Positions 12,685-24,640 of a stretch of DNA of 64,000 nt are shown here, piece by piece. This DNA comes from Mobula hypostoma (lineage: Eukaryota), in the NCBI RefSeq assembly GCF_963921235.1, contig NC_086097.1, forward strand, positions 84,012,001 through 84,076,000. The letters are read 5' to 3'. The notes under the pieces are model-generated. The model worked only from the letters and a program-made list of their open reading frames with translations, was not told where the DNA came from and searched no databases. Both the position numbers and the translations under genes were made by a program. Position 1 is the stretch's first letter. Each line of letters begins with the position of its first letter.

Positions 12685-15600
12685 TATTCATTCAGGTGCC
12701 TTGCAATTTGGCATGGGTGATCATACCTCTCCATCCATCATTGTCCCTGACCTTCCAAATTGTGGTTGTTGCCTCCCCTGTTTCTAACCATGATGTTATT
12801 CCATCTATCATTTTCATTCTCTGTCTGCCTCTGCTTCTTTTTCCTTCCAGCTTTCCAGTTGTAACTAAATGTTCTAATGTCTCTCTTCGCATGATATGTC
12901 CAAAGAATTTTGATTGCTGTTTTCTGATTTTTTAAAGTAATGTACATTTTGTTTTTGTTCTCTGTAGAACTTCTTCATTGGTTATCCTGTCCGTGTATGA
13001 TACGCATGGCATTCTTCTGAGGAACCACATCTCTGCTGCATTGATTCTTTTTTCCATTGCATTTGTGATGGCCCATGACTCACAGCCATACATCAACATA
13101 GGAAAAACGTAGCCGCTGAGAGTTCTAAGGGGATGTCGATTGCTATTTTCTTGTTTGTTGGGATGTTTCTCATTTCTATAAATGCTGTTCTTGCCATTGC
13201 TATTCTTGTTTTTATGTCTGTTTTGCATTTGCCATCAGATGTTACCCATGATCTAAGGTACTTGAAGTTGCGAACTTGTTTCAGGATTTCATTTCCCAAT
13301 ACAATCCTACAGATTGGGATATCAGGTTTCTTTGATATTATCATTACTTCAGTTTTCTTTTTGTTTAAGGTTAGGCCAAGTCTTTCACTCTCTGTGTTGA
13401 TGGTAGATACTAGTTTCTGTAAATTTACTTCACTGTTTGCACTCAGTACTGTATCATCCGCATAGTGGAGGTTGTTGATATTGTATCCTCCTATAATTTT
13501 TCCAGGTAGGTCTTGTATGGTTCTCATGATGTTTTCACTGTACAGGGAGAACAGGTCTGGTGATAGAACACAACCCTGTCTGACCCCTCGCTTTATTGGC
13601 TGATAGTCACCAATCTCGTTGTCTATCCGTATGGCTGCACTTTGTTGCCAGTGGAGATTCCTGATTATTCTTAGATCTTTTTTGTTGATATTAATATCTT
13701 TAAGCATTTTCATGATGATTTGGTGCTTCACTGTGTCAAAGGCTTTTGTGTAGTCAATGAAACAGAAGTATAGGTCTTGTTGTACTTCTATTGACCTCTC
13801 GATAATATTCCTGAGAATATAAGTAGCGTTTGATGTTCCCTTGCCTTCGACAAAGCCGCACTATTCTTCACTGATCTCTAGTTTAATTTTGTTTCTTATT
13901 CTGAGCATGATGATTCTAAGCAGAATTTTTGTGAGGTGGCTTATTAAACTAATTGTTCTGTGTTGTCCACACTCTGTTGCACCTGGTTTCTTTGGCAGTG
14001 CAATGAATACTGTCTTTAAAAGATCTTCTGGTACTTCGCCACTGTTGTATATTCTATTCAATAAGATTGTTAATCTCTCTACACCAAAATCTTCTAGCGC
14101 TTCATACAGTTCAACCGGAATGTTATCTGGTCCTGATGATTTCCCATTTTGCATTTTCTTCATAACATGTTCCACTTCTTCTTTCAGTATTGCTGGGCCC
14201 TCGTTGTTGTTGCCAATATCAAACTTGTCCTCTCGGTCTTTGTCGTTGTATAGGTCTTTGATGCATTCTGACCATCTTTGCATTATTTTTCCTTTTTCCA
14301 TAATTGTAGAGCCATCTTTTGCTTTTATACATCCTGTCGTTACCCTGCTTTTCTTCCGATTTGTGACCTCTTTGATCTTGTTGTGCATACGCTTGCTGTT
14401 GTTGGTCTTCTGCAATTGTTCTATTAACTCACATTTGTCCTTAAGCTACTCTTCTTTTGCTTCCTTGCACTTGGTTGTTATCTGTGCATTCAAGGATACG
14501 TAGGCTTTTTTGTTTTCCTTACATTTTCTTCTTTGTTCCATAAGGTTCAGAATTTCTTCTGCCGTCCATTTCTTTTTAGCTTTTTTCTGTTGTTTGGGAA
14601 TCACCTCTTGTGCTGCTTGTGTTATCCTTTCTCTGAGGTTTTCCCATCGCTGTTCTATAATAGTGATGTTTTGTAGAGCCTCGAATTTGTTCTTCACTGT
14701 TATTTGGAATTCATCTTTGATGTCACTCTTTTATCTCAGAAGTCCCAAATTCAGCTTTGGCTCTACTCTTGGTCTTTTAAGCTTTCTGAGTCTCAGGTAC
14801 ATCACGCTGATTATTGGTACGTGATCACTGTAGCAGTCTGCACCAGATAGGTCTTGCATGATTTCAGGGCATTTCTATACCTTCTCCTTATAAACACGTA
14901 ATCAATCTGATTTCTGGTGTTATACCCTGGGCTCTTCCACGTCCATAGTTTTCTCGGGTGTTGCTTGAAGATGGTATTACCAATTATAGAAACATAGAAA
15001 CATAGAAAATAGGTGCAGGAGTAGGCCATTCGGCCCTTCGAGCCTGCACCGCCATTTATTATGATCATGGCTGATCCTCCAACTCAGAACCCCGCCCCAG
15101 CCTTCCCTCCATACCCCCTGACCCCCGTAGCCACAAGGGCCATATCTAACTCCCTCTTAAATATAGCCAATGAACTGGCCTCAACTGTTTCCTGTGGCAG
15201 AGAATTCCACAGATTCACCACTCTCTGTGTGAAGAAGTTTTTCCTAATCTCGGTCCTAAAAGGCTTCCCCTCTATCCTCAAACTGTGGCCCCTCGTTCTG
15301 GACTTCCCCAACATCGGGAACAATATAATCTTTTTCTGTGACCCATGTAGCTAGTCGTTCACCTCTCATTTCTCTCACCTATGCCGTGATGCCCAATATT
15401 GTCCTCGTCCGTGGTCTTGCCTACTTTTGCGATGAAGTCACCTTGAATAATGGTATTTTCTGAGCTTTTACATTGTCTTAACGCTGTTTGTAGTTTGTCA
15501 TAAAATTGATCGATGCTTTCTTCACTGCTGTCTGCTGTTGGGGCATAAACTTGAATGATGTTAATGTCAAAAGGTTTTGCATGTTGCATTCAATCTGATA

Positions 15601-15685
15601 TTGTCTAATGGCCTTTTATTGATTTTGCATGTTCTTCATCTAACACAATTCCAACACCTTTTTCATGTATTTCTCCTCTTGAGTA
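12685..15685 (-). mobile_element. RTE-clade LINE, near-complete but disrupted ORF (APE+RT)
   Basis: IIQVYAPTADS, NQIDYVFIRRRYRN, GVRQGCVLSPDLFSLY, NNLHYADDTVL, LMYGCESW and GKLEGKRSRGRQR motifs, with a very short 3' UTR. Confidence 0.9.
14987..15324 (-). mobile_element. Young CR1 3' fragment inserted in the RTE element
   Basis: Near-identical reverse complement of 21540-21875 and 49498-49827. Removing it restores the RTE peptide EKDYIIGNTIFKQH. Confidence 0.9.
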
Positions 15686-17095
15686 AAAGAGTGGTTGTAG
15701 ACGGGTCATATCCTGCATGCCTCAGGGATCTGTTCTGGGACCCCTACTCTTCGTGATTTTTATAAATGACCTGGATGAAGAAGTGGAGAGATGGGTTAGT
15801 AAATTTGCTGATGACACAAAGGTTGGAGGTGTTGTGGATAGTGTGGAGGGCTGTCAGAGGTTACAGTGGGACATTGATAGGATGCAAAACTGGGCTGAGA
15901 AGTGGCAGATGGAGTTCAGCCCAGATAAGTGTGAGGTAGTTCATTTTGGTAGGTCAGATATGATGACAGAATATAGTAATAATGGTCAGACTCTTGGCAG
16001 TGTAGAAGATCAGAGGGATCTTGGGGTCTGAGTCCATAGGACACTCAAAGCTGCTATGCAGGTTGACTCGGTGGTTAAGAAAGCATATGGTGCATTGGCC
16101 TTCATCAATCGTGGGACTGAGTTCAAGCGCCAAGAGGTAATGTTGCAGCTATATAGGACCCTGGGCAGACCCCACTTGGAGTACTGCGCTCAGTTCTGGT
16201 TGCCTCACTACAGGAAGGATGTGGAAACCATAGAAAGGCTGCAGAGGAGATTTACAAGGATGTTGCCTGGATTGGAGAGCATGCCTTATGATAATAGGTT
16301 GCATGAATTCGGCCTTTTCTCCTTGGAGTGACAGAGGATGAGAGGTGACCTGATAGAGGTGTATAAGATGATGAGAGGCATTGATCATGTGGATAGTCAG
16401 AAGCCTTTCCCCAGAGCTGAAAAGGCTAGCATGCGAGGGCACAGTTTTAAGGTGCTTGGAAGTAGGTACAGAGGAGATGTCAGGGGTAAATTTTTTATGC
16501 AGAGAGCGGTGAGTATGTGGAATTGCCTGCAGGCAGATATGATAGGGTCTTTTAAGAGACTCCTGGACAGGTACATGGAGCTCAGAAAAAATAGCGGGCT
16601 ATGTGTTATTTCTGAGGTAAGGACATATTCGGCACAGCTTTGTGGGCCGAAGGGCCTGTATTGTGCTGTAGGTTTTCTATGTTTCTATGTTTCTATAAAA
16701 TGCAGCAGCTCAAAAGGGTAACTCATCATTGGTTTCTCAAGAAAATTTAGGAATGGTTACATATAGCCATGCTGTCATTAATGTCCACATTACACGAGAA
16801 AATGAGAAAAAAAATCTCAAATCAGATGCTGTCCTTTTCACTTGCTGTAACCTCTCAAGCTGCTCCTAGTAACATAGAGAGATAGAGACAGAATGTTATA
16901 ATGGGCCAAGGTAACCAAACAAAGGAAAGCCAAGAGTTGAAATCAGGCAGTTTACCTCCAAAGGTCACTAGTAAATTGACTTGCTTATCAAGATTATTCC
17001 AATCTCAGTTAACAATTATGGCTTGTGAAACTATCTGGAGCTGTGTTGGTAAAATTCCAAAATAATAACTGAATAATGCAGAGAACTTTATAATA

Positions 17096-17960
17096 CAGGT
17101 ACGCATCGCTTAACGTCCATGATACGTTCTGTGAAATCAGACGTTATGTGATTTGGATGTTGTGTGAACACCATATTATATACTTAGCAAATTTATATGG
17201 AGTACTGTAGTGTGGTATGACTAAATAGCCAAGAACTTACACTAAAACTGTATACTGTACACTACAATACATACATACGTACACTATAATTTTTTATTTC
17301 ATTTTAAACTTCTTATTTTTTTTCACTTTTAAAACTTTTATGTAAACAATTTCTTAGCCTATATCACACACAATTTATCGATATCTTAGTCTGGTCCTGC
17401 ATTTTCTTTAAGCACTTGGAACAAGCTCCATGCCCTAGCAGGGATCGTCAATGTGCTGAGAGGGATTCTGTTTTGTGTTTGGTCCTCAATTCATGTCATT
17501 AGCAATTTCTCCATATCCGATATAAGTCCTTCTCACATTTTTGTGAGCCTTGCAGTTTTCAGAGAAGCTGATCCTTTAACATCTTCGATAATTTTTTCTT
17601 TGCTTTTCAGGATCGTCGTGATTGTTGAGTGCGACATGCCTAAATCCCGAGCAATAGCATTCACTGGTTTTCCACCTTCATATTGTTTAATAATCTCTTG
17701 TTTCACTTCCAAATCAATACTTTTCCTTTGCCTCTTGCTGCTGCTATCACAAGGAGTGGTTTTGCTGCATCTGGAAGCCATGATGCACTTTACGGTAATA
17801 TTTTCAAAAGAAAATTAAACAGAGAGATAACACTACTACACTCAAGAGACATGCGATACACGAGATTGGTTATGTCCGCTACGTCACGTTCTCCGATCGG
17901 GACTACGGACGTATATGCGATTGGACATTGTCCGAATGGACATTAAGTGGCGCATACCTG
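17096..17960 (-). mobile_element. Tigger/pogo (Tc1-mariner) DNA transposon, internally deleted
   Basis: TA TSD (17094-95, 17961-62). 25-bp TIRs CAGGTACGCATCGCTTAACGTCCAT and CAGGTATGCGCCACTTAATGTCCAT match at 20/25. ORF 17533-17781 encodes a CENP-B-type N-terminal HTH (RKSIDLEVKQEII...GMSHSTITTILK). Confidence 0.9.
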
Positions 17961-19758
17961 TAGTACACTATTTGATGGTCTTTGTTTTTAAAAATTGACG
18001 GTCTTCTTGTTTATAATGTGTTCTTTTGGGCTTCTTTGTTTTGTGGCTGCCTGTAAGGAGATGAGTCTCAAGGTTGTATAATGTATATGTACTTTGATAA
18101 TATAGGCTTAAAGTAAAAGAACCCTTAGGGGAAAGTGATCATAATATGATCAAATTCACCCTGAAATTTGAGAAGGAGAAACTAAAGTTAGATGTATCGG
18201 TAATACAATGGAATAAAGGGAATTACAGAGCCATGAGAGAAGTTGGCCAGAATTGATTGGAGAAGAACACTGGCAGGGATGATGGCAGAGTACCAAAGGC
18301 TGCAATTTCTGGAAGCAGTCAGAAGGCACAGGATATATACATCCCAAAGAGGAAGAAGAGTTCTAAAGAAAAGATGACACAACCATGGCTAACAAGAGAA
18401 GTCAAAGTCCACATAAAAGCCAAAGAGAGGGCATATAATAGAGCAAAAATTACTGGGAAGTTATAGGATTGGGAAGATTTTCAAAACCAACAGAAGGCAA
18501 CTAAAAAAGTTATTAAGAAGGTAAAGATGAAATACCAAAGTAATCTAGCCAATAATATTAAAGAGGATACCAAAAGTTTCTTCAGATACATAAAGTGTAA
18601 AGGAAAGGCAAGAGTGGATATCAGGCTGCTGGAAAACAATGCTGGAGAGGTAGCAACAGGGAACAACAAAATAGCAGACAAACTGAATAAGTATTTTGTG
18701 TCAGTCTTCACTGTGGAAGCCACTAGCAGTATGAAGGAAGTCCAGGAGTCAGGGGGCATAAAGTGTGTGAAGTTACCATTACTACAGAGAAGACTCTTGG
18801 GACATTGAAAAGTCTGAAGGTAGATGAGTCACGTCACCTGCACCAGATGGTGTACACCCCAGAGTTCTGAAAGGGGTGGCTGGAGAGATTGTGGAGGCAT
18901 TAGTAATGATCTTTCAAGAGTCACTAGATTCTGGAATGGTTCCGGAAGCCTGGAAAATTGCAAATGTCACCCCACTCTTCAAGAAGGGAGAGTGGTTGGG
19001 AAGATCACAAACAAGAAAAAACTTGCGGATGCTGTAAAATCAAGCAACACACACAAAATGCTGGAGGAACTCACCAGGCCAGGCAGCATCTATGTGTGTG
19101 GTGGTTGTGAAGATGTTGAAGTCAATTATTAAGGACGAGAAGTCAAGATATTTGGAGGCACATGATAAAATAGGCCATAGTCAGCATGGTTTTCCCAAAG
19201 GAAAATCTTGCCTGACAAATCTGCTGGAATTCTTTGAAGAAGTAACAAGCAGGATGCACAAAGGAGAATCTGCTGATGTAGTGTACTTGGATTTTCAGAA
19301 GGCCTTTGACAAGGTGCCACACATGAGGCTGCTTAATAACCTATGAGCCCATGATCTTACAGGAAAGATTCTAGCATGGATAAAACAGTGGCTGACTGGC
19401 AGGAAGCAAAGAGTGGGAATAAAGGGAGCCTTTTATGACTGGATACCAGTGACTAGTGGTCTTCCACAGGGGTCTGTGTTGGGACAGATTCTTTTTACGT
19501 TATATGTTAATGATTTGGATGGTGGAATTGATTACTTTGTTGCAAAGTCAGCAGATGATATGAAGATAGGTGGAGGGGCAGGTAGTTTTGAGGAAGTAGA
19601 GAGGTACAGACGGACTTAGACAGATTAGGAGAATGGACTAAGAAATGCCGGATGGAATATAGTGTTGGGAAGTATATGGTCATGTACTTTGGTAGAAGAA
19701 ATGAAAGGGTTGACTATTTTCTAAATGGAGAGAAAATACAAAAAACTGAAATGCAAGG

Positions 19759-21278
19759 TGTTACAAAGGGCATTGGAAGCAGACCCAAGTGCAGGACACA
19801 GGCACGGAGAGCGGGTTAGGATTCTTATGCGGACTTGAACGTTGACTTGGACTCAGAGCCTGGACTTGGACTTGACTTGGACCCAGAGCCTGGACTTGGA
19901 CTTGACTTGGCCACCGAGCCTGGACTTGGACTTGGACACCGAGCGACAAAACCAAACAATGACAGACAATTCGTATCGCGGCTTGGAGCAGTGGCAAATG
20001 GCCAGCAATACTCAGCTGGACACAAGACGACAAAAATCAACAATGACAGTCCATTCATATCTTGACTCCAGGTAGCACATGAATCGGCAAATGGCCGGTA
20101 AAACTCAGCTGGACGGCAGGCTCTGGACTCGACCCAGGAACTGCGAACGGCAGGCTCTCGACTCGACTCATTCTCGGGGGCCCAGAATGAGCATAGCCGC
20201 CCTGCTGAGGTGACGAACCAGCAGCGAGTAGATGTAAGCTGGAGTTTTTATGCCGCTGGTTTGAATGAGGATCAGGTGCCCTAATCAAGGAGCCCAGTGG
20301 ATCACAGGGAAAATGAAATTAACTGAAATGAGGTGTCAACCGACCGGACCTTGACAGTAGCACCCCCCCCACCACCCCCCATGGGAGCCTCCAGGCGATC
20401 CAACAGGCTTGCATGGATTATTGATGACCCGGGCGGGTTGGGGGGGGTGGTTTGGCAGGAGGGGACTCTGGTTAGCAAGAGTTTGTAAGACGGTGTCTGT
20501 GTCCGGTGGGTCTGTGTTTGGCTGGTCCGTTCTGTTACAAGGGGCATTGGAAGTGGACCCAAGTGCAGGACACAGGCACAGAGAGCGGGTTAGGATTCTT
20601 ACGTGGACTTGAACGTTGACTTGGACTTGGAGCCTGGACTTGGACTTGACCTGGACTCTGAGCCTGGACTTGGACTTGGCCACTGAACGACAAAACCAAA
20701 CAATGACAGACAATTCATATTGCAGCTTGGAGCAGCCGCAAATGGCCTGCAATACTCAGCCAGACACAAGACGACAAAAACAAACAATGACAGACAATTC
20801 ATATCGCGGCTTGGAGCAGCAGCAAACGGCCTGTAATACTCAGCTGAATACAAGACGACAAAAACAAACAATGACAGACAATTCGTATCGCAGCTTGGAG
20901 TAGCGACAAATGGCCTGCAATACTCAGCCAGACATGAGACGACAAAAATCAACGACGACAGTCTATTGGTATCTCGACTGCAGGTAGCACATGAAGCACC
21001 AAACGGCCGGCAAAACTCAGCTGGATGGCAGGCTCTCGACTTGACCCAGGAACTGTGGACAGCAGGCTCTCGACTCGACTCGACTCAACTCATTCTCGGC
21101 AGCCCGGAATGAGCATAGCCGCCCTGCTGAGGTGACGAACCAGCAGCGGGTAGATGTAAACCAGAGTTTTTATGCTGCCAGTTCAAATGAGGATCAGGTG
21201 CCCTCATCAAGGAGCCCAGTGGAACACGGGGAGAAGGAAATTAACTGAAATGAGGAGTCAACGGACCAGACTGTGACA
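19759..21278 (-). mobile_element. Miniature two-LTR retroelement (TRIM-like deletion derivative of a Gypsy element)
   Basis: LTRs 19759-20356 and 20533-21278 (TGTTA...TGACA); 5-bp TSD CAAGG (19754-58, 21279-83); only 176 bp of internal sequence, including a minus-strand G-rich polypurine tract at ~20362-20380. Confidence 0.88.
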
Positions 21279-21304
21279 CAAGGGGAGTTGGGAGTCCTTG
21301 TGCA

Positions 21305-21875
21305 CCACACCTGGAGTATTGTGTGCAGTTTTGGTCCCCTAATCTGAGGAAAGGCATCTTTGCCATAGAGGGAGTAGAAAGAAGGTTCACCAGATTGATT
21401 CCTGGGATGGCGGGACTTTCATATGAAGAAAGACTGGATGAACTGGGCTTGTACTCGTTGGAATTTAGAAGATTGAGGGGGGATCTGATTGAAACGTATA
21501 AGATCCTAAAGGGATTGGACAGGCTAGATGCAGGAAGATTGTTCCCGATGTTGGGGAGGTCCAGAACGAGGGATCACAGTTTGAGGATAGAGGGGAAGCC
21601 TTTTAGGACCGAGATTAGGAAAAACTTCTTCACACAGAGAGTGGTGAATCTGTGGAATTCTCTGCCACAGGAAACTGTTGAGGCCAGTTCATTGGCTATG
21701 TTTAAGAGGGAGTTAGATATGGCCCTTGTGGCTACAGGGGTCAGGGGGTATGGAGGGAAGGCTGGGGCGGGGTTCTGAGTTGGATGATCAGCCATGATCA
21801 TAATAAATGGCGGTGCAGGCTTGAAGGGCCGAATGGCCTACTCCTGCACCTATTTTCTATGTTTCTATGTTTCTA
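21305..21875 (+). mobile_element. Young CR1 3' fragment
   Basis: ORF 21323-21778 is almost identical to the C-terminus of ORF 48412-49737; TTTCTATG tail. Confidence 0.9.
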
Positions 21876-22799
21876 TTCCCTATAGGTTAATTTGCAGTTT
21901 CAGTCTGTGTTGAGGAAGGCAAATGCAATGTTAGCATTTATATCAAGTGAATTAGAATATAAAAGCAAGGATATAAGATTATTAAGGGATTGGACACGCT
22001 GGAAGCAGAAAGCATGTTCCCGCTGATGGGTGGGTCTAGAACCAGAGGCCACAGTTTAAGAATAAGGGGTAGGCCATTCAGAATGGAGTTGAGGAAAAAC
22101 TTTTTCACCCAGAGAGTGGTGGATATGTGGAATGCTCTGCCCCAGAAGGCAGTGGAGGCCAAGTCTCTGGATGCTTTCAAGAAAGAGATGTACAGAGCTC
22201 TTAAAGATAGCAGAATCAAAGGTTATGGGGAGAAGGCAGGAACTGGATACTGATTGTGGATGATCAGCCATAATCACGGTGAATGGCGGTGCTGGCTCGA
22301 AGGGCCAAATGGCCTACTCCTGCACCTATTGTCTATTGTGATGTAATGTTGAGACTTTATAAAGCACTGGTGAGGCCTAACTTGGAGTATTAAGAGTAGT
22401 TTTGGGCAGAGTGGTGAATCTGTGGAATTCTTTGCCACAGGCAGCTGTGGAGTCCAAGTCTTTTTGTATATTTAAGGCAGAGGTTGATGGATTCTTGAAT
22501 GGTCAGGGCATGAAGGGATACAAAAAGAAGGCAGGAGAATGGGGCTGACAGGAAAATTGGATCAGCATGATGAAATTGCGGAGCAGACTCAATGGGCCAA
22601 ATGGCCTGATTCTGCTTCTATATCTTATGGTCTTATGGTCTAAATGTACTTTGAAATATTCACAAGGGGAGCCTAATATATTTTTTAAACTTGTCCTTTA
22701 TGTGTTATTTTCTGCATTCATCAAAATAATTTCCCACTCGAGATCGATAAAGTCCTTATTATTTTGGAATGCTGGAATAAATTCTGGTTATTGTCAATA

Positions 22800-24000
22800 T
22801 GAAAAATTCTACTTCCTCAGAAGGCTAAAGAGTTTTGGCATGTCCCCATTGACCCTTACCTATTTTTATCAATGCACTATAGAAAGAATCCGATCTAGAT
22901 GTACATACAGTATTATGCCTTGGTGTGGTAAATGCTCTGCATGTGACCGCAAGAAACTACAAAACACAGCTCAGCACATCATGGAAATCAGCGTCCCCTC
23001 CATGGACTCTGTCTATACATTTCACTGCCTCAGTAAGCAGCCAGCATAATTAAAAACTCGCCTGCTCTGGACAATCTCTCTTCTCCCCTCTCCCATCAGA
23101 CAGAAAATACAAAAGCCTGAAATCATGTACTATCAGGATCAAGGACAGCTTCTATCCAGCTGTTATCAAACTTTTGAACGGATCTCTTGTACGATTAGAC
23201 TATTGACCTCAAAATCTATTTCATTATGATCTTGTACTTTATTGTTTACCTGTACTGCACTTTCTCTATAGCTCTTACACTTTAATCTGCATTATTATTG
23301 TTTTATCTTGTACTCCTTCAATGCATGATGTTGTTGTAACGTGGATGAAATCACTGGAGAGACAGAGTCACTGGTAGATACAAAGCAGCTTCTTTATTCG
23401 ACACAAGGTACAGCAGGCATCTACGGATGGAGACGCTTTCCCTAGAAAGGTCTGCTAGCCCAATGAGGTCTCGATATTTATATACTAAACACAAAGGCAA
23501 TCGGTACTTAAAAAGCTATAGACAATGCATAGACAATGTTCCTATTGAAGCGACATACAAACTATCACACCACCTAACATCATCCTTTCCTTCCGACGCC
23601 AACATGTCTGGGTTGGTATCCACAGCCTTTAGGAATGCAATTAAATTCACAATACATTTATTCGGCATTTTACGTGCTAACATAGAAGACAATTAATATT
23701 TATAATGTATAGATAATACTGTCTTCGAAACTACAGCATCAGGTCAAACAATGGCGCCAGAAGCATCTGGTATTCGCACCTTTTTAGGAAGCGCATTGTT
23801 GCGGACTCAATCCACAGTACTTTGTCAAATAGTCAAATAGAAGTCTGGTGGCCAAAGTCATTTAAGTGTAAACAAATCACCTACCCAAAAAAAAACTCAC
23901 TCTAACAGTGTAATGATTGATCTGCATACCAGTGTGCGAGACAAACTTTTCACTGTATCTTGGTACATATGACAATAATAAATCAATACCAACACCAATG
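22800..24000 (+). mobile_element. Rex1/Babar-type LINE 3' fragment split by a solo LTR
   Basis: FYFLRRLKSFGMS...FYQCTIE...WCGKCSACDRKKLQ motif, and a 3' tail GACAATAATAAATCAATACC. Confidence 0.75.
23332..23907 (-). mobile_element. Solo LTR (576 bp; ERV- or Gypsy-type)
   Basis: Termini TGTT...AACA; imperfect 4-bp TSD ATGT/GTGT; minus-strand TATATAAA (23477-23484) lies upstream of AATAAA (23393-23398). The host LINE tail rejoins on removal. Confidence 0.75.
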
Positions 24001-24189
24001 TTGCATAAAGGGATGTTTCCTTCTTTACAATGCAACCTTAAACAGAGACTGACTTTCTGGAGTTAGATGACACTGGCAGTCCTCAACATCCCTGATCAAT
24101 GGTTGATTAAATTATGCTACCCAGTGGTGCCTATTGGAAAGTTTGTGAGGGCGTGAAACAGAGATTGTGATACTCTTTACTTTATATCT

Positions 24190-24420
24190 CATATTGCTGT
24201 TTGTAAGGAATCTGTGCATTCTCCCCATGACTGTGTGAGTTTCCTCCGGGTGCTCCAGTTTCTCTCCCACGTTCCAAGGACGTATGAGTAAGCTGTGGGC
24301 ATGCTACGTTGGTGCTAGAAACATGGAGACACTTGTGGTTTGCCCCCAGTAGATCCCTGATGCAAACAACATGTTTCACTGTATTTTTTGATGTACATGT
24401 GACAAATAAAGCTAATCTTT
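24190..24420 (+). mobile_element. V-SINE/HE1-like SINE fragment
   Basis: Core TTCTCCCCATGACTGTGTGAGTTTCCTCCGGGTGCTCCAGTTTC and tail GTACATGTGACAAATAAAGCTAATC. Confidence 0.65.
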
Positions 24421-24640
24421 ATAGGAATAATATTTTTCTATTGTTTCCCTAAAATTATGAACCTTTCTGGAATTTCATAGGATTTCTTGCCTTTAGTTGG
24501 TCCATGAACATTGTGTGGCTAATTGAGAATAATGGGGAGGGTCTTAATATGACAGATCAGCCCCCAAACTTAACTTTGAATTGTTAACCTGACCAGACAA
24601 CATAGCACATACAACTTGTGTAGTCCAAACTCGTTAGCTT

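Larger units (their letters stand above)
10608..16696 (+). mobile_element. CR1-clade LINE (end of ORF1 esterase, ORF2 APE+RT, 3' tail), split by an RTE insertion at ~12685-15685
   Basis: ORF1 SGNH-esterase end (FRFLDHWDLFWG...KKDGLHLNPRG); APE motifs (FNSRSI, VVGDFN, HFGDSDHNSI); RT (PQGSVLGPLLF, SKFADDTK); tail of TTTCTATG repeats at 16673-16696. Confidence 0.9.
18100..22640 (+). mobile_element. Degenerate CR1 LINE hosting several nested insertions
   Basis: SQHGFPKGKSCLTNLLEFFE, YLDFQKAFDKVPH, SGLPQGSVLG and ADD motifs. Interrupted at ~19010-19095 (Penelope terminal fragment), 19759-21278 (LTR element), ~21305-21875 and ~21973-22338 (younger CR1 3' ends). Confidence 0.85.

Noticed and set aside
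13841..14503. 220-aa hydrophobic plus-strand ORF
   Set aside because: Antisense frame of the RTE ORF.
17533..17781. Domesticated TIGD/CENP-B-like gene
   Set aside because: Only the N-terminal HTH remains, between TIRs and a TA TSD.
19835..20960. Periodic repeats with spacer-like segments (GACTTG arrays, 84-bp units), superficially CRISPR-like
   Set aside because: These are tandem repeats inside LTRs with no unique spacers and no cas genes, in a vertebrate genome.
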